The notes under the pieces were generated by a model, which was not told the DNA's origin, searched no databases, and saw only the letters and a list, made by a program, of their open reading frames with translations. This document shows, piece after piece, positions 8,379 through 15,317 of a stretch of DNA of 15,317 bases (position 1 is the stretch's first letter; every line of letters starts with the position of its first letter). A program made the position numbers and the translations under genes. Source of the stretch: Candidatus Hydrogenedentota bacterium (GTDB lineage: Bacteria; Hydrogenedentota; Hydrogenedentia; Hydrogenedentales; SLHB01); the NCBI GenBank assembly GCA_034408725.1, contig JAWXCN010000096.1:1-15317 (forward strand), given 5' to 3'.

Positions 8379-10004
8379 TCATCCCGTCTTCGCGCGATCC
8401 ACAACATACCGGTTGCCTTCCACCTGTACAATAACAATCGGCGTGCCTTCTTCAATAAATTCCGACACGCTTACCACCTGCAGTGTCTTGTCGCCGAACC
8501 GCCCGCGGCCCGCGGGCCGTAACAAACTTGTCGCAACGCCCTGCCGTCCAATCGCCGATTGCACTTCATTCCGCCCCTGCACCGTGAACCCTTCGGCAGC
8601 AAGCTGCTGGTCCATGAGCACCAGTTTTCCGTACAGCGGGGTCTGCGGAAGAAGTTTCCACGTGGCGATTACCAGGACAATTGAACACAGCATGGTCATT
8701 GTCAAAACGAATCCGGCAGTCTCGAGCCGTGCCCACTCCCAACTATATTGGGGAATCGTGAAATCACTATACGTGAACGACAGCACCACGCCCGACAAAA
8801 CAAACATGATCCCCATTACGCCGATAAAACCAAACCCCGGAAGCACAAAAATCTCGACGAGGATCAGTGCGATGCCGATAACCACCAGCGCAAGATCAAT
8901 CCAGTCAGACAGTCCGATGACCATCCGCGATCCGAAAAAAATCGCCAGCGCCGCAATACCGATGAACCCCGGCAGACCGAATCCCGGCGTCTTGATTTCG
9001 ATATAGAGTCCACCTACGCCAAATACAAGCAGCAAGAGGGTCATCTGCGGACTAATTAGCCAGCGATACAGTCCCTCGCTCCAGGTCGGTTCAATCGCAA
9101 TCACCGCCGCGTTCGTATAACCCAACTGCCACTGGAGCTGCTCCAGGTCCTCGGCGATATGCGAGATAACCCCATACTTCTTTGCTTCCAACGGCGTAAG
9201 CGTCAGCAACTTTCCAGCGGCCTCGATTACGACGCCGTCTTCGACCGTTGATGCCGCGGATACCGTCGACTCATCCGTCGCAGTTTCAGGGTTGTCGGTC
9301 TGCACCGGTTCACCGGCTTCTCCAGGCCGTTTCGGCGCCACACCGGGAAGTTCCTGGCCGATGATCACTTCGACAATTTTTTTGACTGTATCTTCTGGAG
9401 ACGTGCTGAGCGTCTTGACAATTTCGGTTCCAATCGACTTTTGAGGCTTCGAGGTCCCGCGAATCTCCAATGTGCCGTCGGGCTGCGTGTATGCGCGCAA
9501 CTCAATATCTTGATCCACCATCGCCATCGCGATATCGGGATTGCGCCCTTTCATCTCCGCCAATGCCGCAAACTTCGCGCGAACATACGACATTTCCTTT
9601 TCGCCAAGAGGCGTCATCCCCTCGGCGCCAAAGCTCACCGGTTGCGCGGCGCCCATGTTCGTTGAGGGCGACATCACAATTTCATCACAGGCATACGCGA
9701 TCAGCGCGCCCGCCGAAATAGCCCCCATACCGTCTATATAAGCCACCGTCTTGCACGGGGCCTTTACAATCAAATCCGCAATGGTGACAGCCGCATCCAC
9801 CAACCCGCCAGGCGTGTCAATAATCAACACGAGAGCGTCCGCCTCGGTAACCTCTCGCACCGCCCGCGAAACAAGTACCGTCATACCGTCATCCACCATG
9901 CCATCCAGCCGCACAGTCATGATGTACGAGGGAGATTCTTCGCCCCCGATCACGGTCAGACCAGCCAACATCGCGAATACCAACGCTATACGTACAGATC
10001 GCAT
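8379..10004 (-). CDS. nfeD: Long NfeD (YqeZ-like) membrane-bound ClpP-class serine protease
   Basis: 541 aa. Signal peptide-like N-terminus, IDTPGG, AISAGALIA, MGAAQPV, GEK, GRNPDIAMAMVD, GKLLTLT, TM region with EIKTPGFGLPG and EIFVLPGFG, C-terminal LRPAG OB fold. Confidence 0.92.
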   Translation of the reverse strand: MRSVRIALVFAMLAGLTVIGGEESPSYIMTVRLDGMVDDGMTVLVSRAVREVTEADALVLIIDTPGGLVDAAVTIADLIVKAPCKTVAYIDGMGAISAGALIAYACDEIVMSPSTNMGAAQPVSFGAEGMTPLGEKEMSYVRAKFAALAEMKGRNPDIAMAMVDQDIELRAYTQPDGTLEIRGTSKPQKSIGTEIVKTLSTSPEDTVKKIVEVIIGQELPGVAPKRPGEAGEPVQTDNPETATDESTVSAASTVEDGVVIEAAGKLLTLTPLEAKKYGVISHIAEDLEQLQWQLGYTNAAVIAIEPTWSEGLYRWLISPQMTLLLLVFGVGGLYIEIKTPGFGLPGFIGIAALAIFFGSRMVIGLSDWIDLALVVIGIALILVEIFVLPGFGFIGVMGIMFVLSGVVLSFTYSDFTIPQYSWEWARLETAGFVLTMTMLCSIVLVIATWKLLPQTPLYGKLVLMDQQLAAEGFTVQGRNEVQSAIGRQGVATSLLRPAGRGRFGDKTLQVVSVSEFIEEGTPIVIVQVEGNRYVVDRAKTG

Positions 10005-10064
10005 CGCATAAGCCTCGCTACGGGGTTGCGCAGTGGAACGGAACTGTAATGAAGCACCGTCATT

Positions 10065-10093
10065 ATTCTACGGCCAGCGGGGGATAGGGTCAA
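10065..10093 (-). promoter_or_regulatory. Sigma70-type promoter of the nfeD-floA operon
   Basis: Minus strand TTGACC (10093-10088), 17-nt spacer, TAGAAT (10070-10065), about 60 nt upstream of the nfeD ATG. Confidence 0.7.
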
Positions 10094-10245
10094 TTGCAGA
10101 GTTCTCCATCCATTCCCATGACCATGCACACTCTAAAAACGACTGGATTTTCAATTATGGCCTGGATCGCGCGCCATGCCGGCGTTTTGTTTCTCCAAAA
10201 GACCATGCCGCAACCGTCGAAATTCGCAGTTCCGTCATTTCGGAA

Positions 10246-10303
10246 GCCCCATATTTAGTGCCACAATTTTTTTAATTTGCCAAATAGCCCCAATATATTG
10301 TGG
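10246..10303. promoter_or_regulatory. Tandem NrdR-box-like operators
   Basis: gcccCATATTTAGTGc (10246-10261) and cccCAATATATTGTGg (10288-10303) resemble the NrdR consensus acaCwAtATaTwGtgt; spacing 42 bp. Confidence 0.6.
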
Positions 10304-10374
10304 TTAGATGGTGAAATTAAGTCATAACCTATTGGCCTGTAAGGAGAAAACACCTGACGGAAATCATTTTTTTG

Positions 10375-10403
10375 TTGACTCCCAAACGGTTTTGGGGTAG
10401 TAT
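10375..10403 (+). promoter_or_regulatory. Sigma70-type promoter of mraZ/dcw cluster
   Basis: TTGACT (10375-10380), 17-nt spacer, TAGTAT (10398-10403), T-tract upstream, 40 nt before the mraZ ATG. Confidence 0.7.
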
Positions 10404-10441
10404 TTTGGTGGCATTGGGGAACGATTGGGTGTCAAAGGGGA
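10393..10441 (+). promoter_or_regulatory. Putative MraZ autoregulatory boxes (TGGGN-like direct repeats)
   Basis: TGGGG 10393, TGGTG 10406, TGGGG 10415, TGGGT 10426, AGGGG 10436; roughly helical periodicity, like the TGGGN/GTGG repeats bound by MraZ in other bacteria. Confidence 0.45.
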
Positions 10442-10443
10442 AT

Positions 10444-10947
10444 ATGTTGGCCGCCACCGCATACTTCGGCGAATGGACTGTGAAGCTGGACGAAAAGTCC
10501 CGCATCACCGTTCCCAGCCGTATTCGCGACATCATGCGCGTGTTCTCCTTTGACAGTTGGTTCATGGCGCCCGGGGACAACCAATCCATTTTCCTCTTTG
10601 ACCGCGAAGGTTGGGCAAACCTTCGCCACAATGCCGGCAAGGCCGGTCAGTCCGACGAGGAGTCCCTGGCCTTTCGCCGCATCTTCTTCAGTTTAACAGA
10701 AGAGTCGCGGCCCGATCCGCAAGGGCGCATGCCCTTGCCGGAACACTTGCGGAAGCATGCCGCCATCGAGAAAGAAGCAGTGGTGATCGGCGTGGACGAT
10801 CACCTCGAGGTGTGGAACAGGGAAGTGTGGAACGCGTTCAAGTCGCGGAACACCGGCTTGTACGATCAACTGGCGCCACCATTGTTATCCATTCGCGGAA
10901 ACAACGGCGCCTCAACCGGAAAAGGTGGGGAAAGTCATGAAAGTTGA
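10444..10947 (+). CDS. mraZ: Division/cell wall cluster transcriptional repressor MraZ
   Basis: YFGEWTVKLDEKSRITVPSRIR and DPQGRMPLPEHLRKHA (two DxxxR repeats), VIGVDDHLEVWN. ATG 10444 follows AAAGGGGA. Position at the head of dcw. Confidence 0.95.
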   Translation: MLAATAYFGEWTVKLDEKSRITVPSRIRDIMRVFSFDSWFMAPGDNQSIFLFDREGWANLRHNAGKAGQSDEESLAFRRIFFSLTEESRPDPQGRMPLPEHLRKHAAIEKEAVVIGVDDHLEVWNREVWNAFKSRNTGLYDQLAPPLLSIRGNNGASTGKGGESHES

Positions 10948-11281
10948 GCGGAAGGACATCGGCGCGGTGACAGTCCTGCGGTTGGCAGGAGACATTGACG
11001 AGACCGGCGTGGACGTGTTGCGCACGTCCATGTACGAATGCCTGGCCGAAGGCCGGCACCAGATCATCATGAATCTCAGCGGCGTGCGGTTCGTGAGTTA
11101 CATGGGTGTCGGCGTGCTTGTCGAGCGGTTGCGCAAACTGCGCGCGCTCAACGGCGACCTCAAGCTGGTCGGCATGAATCTGTACGCGCAACGCCTGTTT
11201 CGCATGGTTGGCGTCACGACTTTGTTTGATACGTTCGAAAGCGAAGTCCAGGCCATCGGCCAGTTCCAGGAAGCAGCATAG
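10937..11281 (+). CDS. STAS domain protein (anti-sigma factor antagonist, SpoIIAA/RsbV-like) with non-canonical phosphorylation motif
   Basis: 114 aa from ATG 10937. VTVLRLAGDID...IIMNLSGVRFVSYMGVGVLV...GDLKLVGMN...RLFRMVG...LFDTFESEVQAI follows the SpoIIAA pattern. Overlaps the mraZ stop by 11 nt. Confidence 0.88.
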   Translation: MKVERKDIGAVTVLRLAGDIDETGVDVLRTSMYECLAEGRHQIIMNLSGVRFVSYMGVGVLVERLRKLRALNGDLKLVGMNLYAQRLFRMVGVTTLFDTFESEVQAIGQFQEAA

Positions 11282-11284
11282 AGG

Positions 11285-12214
11285 GTGCACGTACCCGTTC
11301 TCCCGGGGCCGGTGGTGGAATTTCTCCGCATCCGGCCAGGTGGAACTTACGTGGACTGTACCGCCGGTTATGGCGGACACGCGGAGTTGCTCTGCCGGCA
11401 GTTGGCCGGTGGGCGGCTAATCGCGCTGGATCGTGACCCAGCCGCAGTCGCGTTGGTCCGCGAACGGCTTGCGCCGTTCGCGTGCGCGAAAGTTATACAG
11501 GCCAACTACAGCAGTCTTGCTCGGGTGTTGCAGGAGATGGACGTAGGCCGCGTCGATGGAATTCTCATCGACGCGGGGATGTCGAGCATGCAATTGGATG
11601 ACCCTCAACGCGGATTTACCTTTCAACACGAAGGGCCGTTGGACATGCGACAGGACACTACACAATCGGCCACGGCCATCGCTTGGCTCGCGGCCGTCCG
11701 CGAACAGGAACTCGTGCGCGTTCTGCGCGAATACGGCGACGTGCGCCCTGCCCAACGGATTGCCCGCGCCATTATCTCCCGCCGCGACCGCCGCGCCTTG
11801 AACACAACATTTGATTTACGCGACGCCGTATGCGAAGCGCTTCCATTCGTCAAAGGCGTGCCCGATGAACTTCGTACGGTGTTCCAGGCCATCCGCATCG
11901 CAGTGAACGATGAATACCGTCATCTCGAAGACGGCATCCGCGCCGCCATCGACGCGCTCTCCCCGGAAGGCCGGCTCGTCGTCATCGCCTTCCACTCGGG
12001 CGAGGACCGCATCGTAAAAAATATCTTTCGTGACGAATCCCATATCCGGCGCACGACTGCTCCCGATGGGCGCGTAGCGGAAACGGCGCCACCGCGGATT
12101 CGAGTGCTCACGCCCAAGCCCGTCACCGCAGATGGAGCGGAAATCGAGCGTAACCCGCGCGCGCGCAGCGCGAAGTTGCGCGCGGCCGAACGCCTGCACG
12201 AGGAGGCCGCATGA
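11285..12214 (+). CDS. rsmH: 16S rRNA (cytosine(1402)-N4)-methyltransferase RsmH (MraW)
   Basis: GTG start. HVPVL, YVDCTAGYGGHA, LDRDP, DAGMSSMQLD, RGFTF..GPLDMR, FQAIRIAVNDE, FHSGEDRIVK, NPRARSAKLR. Confidence 0.97.
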   Translation: MHVPVLPGPVVEFLRIRPGGTYVDCTAGYGGHAELLCRQLAGGRLIALDRDPAAVALVRERLAPFACAKVIQANYSSLARVLQEMDVGRVDGILIDAGMSSMQLDDPQRGFTFQHEGPLDMRQDTTQSATAIAWLAAVREQELVRVLREYGDVRPAQRIARAIISRRDRRALNTTFDLRDAVCEALPFVKGVPDELRTVFQAIRIAVNDEYRHLEDGIRAAIDALSPEGRLVVIAFHSGEDRIVKNIFRDESHIRRTTAPDGRVAETAPPRIRVLTPKPVTADGAEIERNPRARSAKLRAAERLHEEAA

Positions 12215-12618
12215 ACAGTTCATTCGCTTCGCGGCGCGTGGCCGTTTTCTTCGGCGCGATCAAATGGTTTCCCATCCTCGCCGTGCCATTCGGTGTTTTC
12301 TTTTTTGAAACTTGGCTCCAGGTGTGTATTTACGAACGCGACTATGCCGCGACGGAACTCAAATCGCGCATTAAGGAAATATCGTCCCATATTGGCCGGC
12401 TTCAGGAACGCGCGGACGAGCTGATGGCCCTGAAAAGCGTGAGCGAACATGTGCCTGACCTTGGACTCGTGCCCATCGAGCCGGGTCAAGTCGAAGTCTT
12501 GCGCGCACCCTATACTGGCGACCAAATTGTGTCGCCCTACGATTTCTTCGGGCCGATGACCATTGCGGATGCAGCCCCTATCCGCCACACCGGGAACCCG
12601 CGCGATGCCGCCCCATAG
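12211..12618 (+). CDS. ftsL: Cell division protein FtsL-like
   Basis: 135 aa, single TM segment followed by a coiled coil (ELKSRIKEISSHIGRLQERADELMAL) and LGLV motif; located between rsmH and ftsI with ATGA overlap. Confidence 0.7.
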   Translation: MNSSFASRRVAVFFGAIKWFPILAVPFGVFFFETWLQVCIYERDYAATELKSRIKEISSHIGRLQERADELMALKSVSEHVPDLGLVPIEPGQVEVLRAPYTGDQIVSPYDFFGPMTIADAAPIRHTGNPRDAAP

Positions 12619-14818
12619 GCCGGACGATTACGAAGTCCAAACGGCCGGTCGTCCCCTCACCGCCGCCCAACGGCTTCGCATCCGCGCGGTGTTGTGGGGA
12701 TTGCTCGTTGTGTTCGCCTGCGTCGCATTGCACCTCGTCAAATTGCAAGGCTTCCCCGATCCCCGATTCTTGAAAAACGAAAACTTTCACGTCGGGGAAA
12801 TCCCAATCATCATGCCGCGGGGCCGCATTTACGATCGGGAAGGCCGTATCCTCGCGCGCGAACGCCGCGCGCCTTCGCTATTTGCATACCCGCGCTACCT
12901 CGACAACCCGCATGAGGCCGCGCAACGCCTGGGCGTCCGGCTCTCGCTGAACGAGGACGACCTAATCACGCGCATAACACGCCGCGCCTCCGAAGGCCAA
13001 ATGATGCAGGAAGTCCCCGTAAAACGCTGGCTTACTCAGGAAGAGCTGGAATCAATCGGAAATTTGAACGCATGGGGCGAAGGCGGATTGCGGATCAAAC
13101 ATGAACCCGCCCGATACTATCCCGAAGGACAATTGGCCGCGCACGTCCTAGGCTTCGTGAACCGCGAACAAATCGGCTCCGATGGCATCGAACAACTCTA
13201 CAACGAACACCTCCGCACCATCCCCGGCAAACAGAAATCGCGTTTGGACGGCAAACGGAAACTGCTTTCGTCGTTAACGCTCGAATACGTCGCGCCGGAG
13301 GGCGGGGATGACTTGTTCCTGACGATTGACAAGCCCATCCAGAATATCCTCGAACGCGAACTCGCCACCGTCATGCGGGAAAAACAGGCCACCCGCGCGA
13401 TGGGCATCGTCATGGACCCGAAAACAGGCGCCATCCTCGCCCTTGCGTGCCTCCCCGCATTCGATCCCAATGCGTACTGGGACTACGCGCCGGAACTCCG
13501 CATCAACGGCGCTATTTCCGAAGTCTTCGAACCCGGCTCGGCATTCAAAATAGTCACGGCCGCTGCCGCGATCGAAAATGGCCTGTACACGCCAGAATCC
13601 ATGATCAATTGCGAAGGCGGCGCCTGGAACGCCTTCGGGTACAGGACGATCAAAGATGTCCACAAAATGAAAACCGTCACCTTTGCCGAAGCATTCGCGG
13701 AATCCAGCAACATTGGCATCATCAAGGTCGCCAGGGACCTTATCGAATCCGGAAAGCGGGAAGAATTGGACAGGTGGATTCGGAAATTCGGATTCGGGCG
13801 GAAAACGGGACCGGATTTTCTCCATGAAAGCTCTGGCATCTATGGCGCCGTCGAACAATGGACCAAATTCTCCGAAATTTCGCTGCCCATGGGGCAGGAA
13901 ATCGCCGTCACCATGCCGCAACTCGCAAGGGCCTTCTCCGCAATTGCCAACGGTGGCTATCTCGTTGAACCCCATCTCGTAGAACGCGCCGTAGGTCAAT
14001 CGGGACAGACAACCTACCAGTTCGACACCACCACGTCGCGCAGAATCATGTCCGATCAAACAGCCCGCGTTATGCGCGAACTCTGCTATGGCGTCGTTGA
14101 ACATGGCACCGGAAGCCGCGCGGCCATTCCCGAATACCGCGTTGGCGGAAAAACCGGTACTGCCCAGGTCGCCCGTCCAAAAGCCGAAGGCGGCGGATAC
14201 TACACCGACCGTCACACGGCGGTGTTCGCGGGATTCGCGCCGGTCGCCGATCCCCGGCTCTGCGCGGTCATCGTTGTCTGCAATCCGCAAAGCGACATCT
14301 ATTACGGCGGGTACGTTTGCGGTCCTGTATTCCGCGCCGTGCTGCGCGAATCACTCATCCATCTCGAATGCCCGCAGGACCCAATGGAACCCGGCACATT
14401 CGAGCCCGCGCCCGCGCAGGACGTCGCGGACGCCGACGTCCTCGTCGCTCATGCGAATCAGAAAAGCCCTGTTTCAAAACCCCCAGTCGCCATCGCAGCC
14501 ACCGAAGAAGCAGGGGGGGAACTTGCGCCCCTCCCCGTGGATACACCCATAGGTCATGGCCAATTGCCAAACCTTGTCGGTTTGACCAAACGCCAGGCGC
14601 GCGACAAACTCGCCGACCTCGGCGTCGTCTGGGATTCACAAGGAAGCGGATGGGTCGTCGTTCAGGAACCGGTTGCAGGCACACCGATCACGGAAGTCCC
14701 CCTATGTCATCTCGTGTTCTCGAATTCAATCGCTGAGTCAATCGTGCCCGAACAACATCGCGAAGCAGAGACCCCCGCGAAACTCAGTGCAAATAGGGCC
14801 GTACCTCCAACGCCATGA
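12605..14818 (+). CDS. ftsI: Class B penicillin-binding protein FtsI/PBP3 with C-terminal PASTA domain
   Basis: TM anchor, RGRIYDREG, RYYPEG, GIEQLYNEHL, LTID, SxxK (EPGSAFK), SxN (SSN), KTG (GGKTGTAQ), PASTA-like LPNLVGLTKRQA...GSGWVVVQEP. ATG 12605 chosen to minimise overlap with ftsL; start uncertain. Confidence 0.92.
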   Translation: MPPHRPDDYEVQTAGRPLTAAQRLRIRAVLWGLLVVFACVALHLVKLQGFPDPRFLKNENFHVGEIPIIMPRGRIYDREGRILARERRAPSLFAYPRYLDNPHEAAQRLGVRLSLNEDDLITRITRRASEGQMMQEVPVKRWLTQEELESIGNLNAWGEGGLRIKHEPARYYPEGQLAAHVLGFVNREQIGSDGIEQLYNEHLRTIPGKQKSRLDGKRKLLSSLTLEYVAPEGGDDLFLTIDKPIQNILERELATVMREKQATRAMGIVMDPKTGAILALACLPAFDPNAYWDYAPELRINGAISEVFEPGSAFKIVTAAAAIENGLYTPESMINCEGGAWNAFGYRTIKDVHKMKTVTFAEAFAESSNIGIIKVARDLIESGKREELDRWIRKFGFGRKTGPDFLHESSGIYGAVEQWTKFSEISLPMGQEIAVTMPQLARAFSAIANGGYLVEPHLVERAVGQSGQTTYQFDTTTSRRIMSDQTARVMRELCYGVVEHGTGSRAAIPEYRVGGKTGTAQVARPKAEGGGYYTDRHTAVFAGFAPVADPRLCAVIVVCNPQSDIYYGGYVCGPVFRAVLRESLIHLECPQDPMEPGTFEPAPAQDVADADVLVAHANQKSPVSKPPVAIAATEEAGGELAPLPVDTPIGHGQLPNLVGLTKRQARDKLADLGVVWDSQGSGWVVVQEPVAGTPITEVPLCHLVFSNSIAESIVPEQHREAETPAKLSANRAVPPTP

Positions 14819-15317
14819 CCCTCCAGGACGTAGCGAAGTTGATAGCGTCCGCGCCCCGCGCGCTCGATCCCGCACACATTACTCGCGTGACCGAAGACTC
14901 GCGACGCTGCATACCCGGAACTGTCTTCGTAGCCGCGCAAGGCACAAAAGTGGATGGACACGATTTCATCCCCTTTGCCGTGGGTGCGGGGGCCGTCGCG
15001 GTGCTCGGAGAGCGCACCGGCATTACGCAGAGCGCGGGCGTCCCATACTTCAGCGTGCCCAACGCGCGTCGCGCGCTGGGTATCCTCGCGCACGCGCTTC
15101 ATGGCAGTCCTTCCAAACACATGACCGTCATTGGCGTGACCGGAACCAACGGCAAAACCACGACCGCGCGCATGGTCCAGCGAATTCTTCACACCCACGG
15201 CGCAACCTGTGCATGCTTCGGCACCATCGGGTACGACATCGCGGGTACTGTGTACGAGGCAAAGCACACAACCCCGTTCGGCGAAGAGTTGGCTGAAATG
15301 TTCGCGCGCGCGCGCGA
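14815..15317 (+). CDS. murE: UDP-N-acetylmuramoyl-L-alanyl-D-glutamate--diamino acid ligase MurE, 3' partial
   Basis: Not in the ORF track (runs off the edge). ATG 14815 overlaps the ftsI TGA. Translation gives EDSRRCIPGTVFVAAQGTKVDGHDFI, VIGVTGTNGKTTT, FGTIGY, HTTP. Confidence 0.93.
   Translation, partial: MTLQDVAKLIASAPRALDPAHITRVTEDSRRCIPGTVFVAAQGTKVDGHDFIPFAVGAGAVAVLGERTGITQSAGVPYFSVPNARRALGILAHALHGSPSKHMTVIGVTGTNGKTTTARMVQRILHTHGATCACFGTIGYDIAGTVYEAKHTTPFGEELAEMFARAR

Noticed and set aside
10033-10275. 80-aa plus-strand ORF, repeated CCATGC words and a small ttccg/cggaa hairpin in the intergenic region
   Set aside because: The ORF overlaps the nfeD promoter and lacks an RBS; the short words are irregularly spaced; no recognisable ncRNA or riboswitch.
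10372-10443. ORF-track TTG start for mraZ
   Set aside because: Lies within the predicted promoter; MraZ similarity and an SD support ATG 10444.
13274-14290. 338-aa minus-strand ORF
   Set aside because: Antisense shadow of ftsI.
14673-15296. ORFs 14673..15296 + and 14707..15267 -
   Set aside because: Wrong frame or strand; the real gene is murE from 14815.

Overview
GC-rich bacterial chromosomal window with two divergent gene blocks separated by a ~440 bp regulatory region (10005-10443). Minus strand, in transcription order: an expanded NfeD/flotillin locus (long NfeD serine protease, 103-aa hypothetical, short NfeD, a FloA-N/NfeD-OB chimeric gene, floA, YqfB-like protein), a REP/REPIN-like repeat cluster, a bacterial XPB/Rad25-type helicase and an AddB/RexB-like helicase-nuclease subunit that runs off the left edge (absent from the ORF track). 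Plus strand: the start of the dcw cluster, mraZ, an inserted non-canonical STAS gene, rsmH, ftsL-like, ftsI and partial murE. The most notable observations are a tandem pair of NrdR-box-like operators upstream of mraZ, a STAS gene whose usual phospho-Ser position is Tyr sitting between mraZ and rsmH, and the FloA-NfeD fusion. All calls come from manual reading and motif recognition; no database searches were run.
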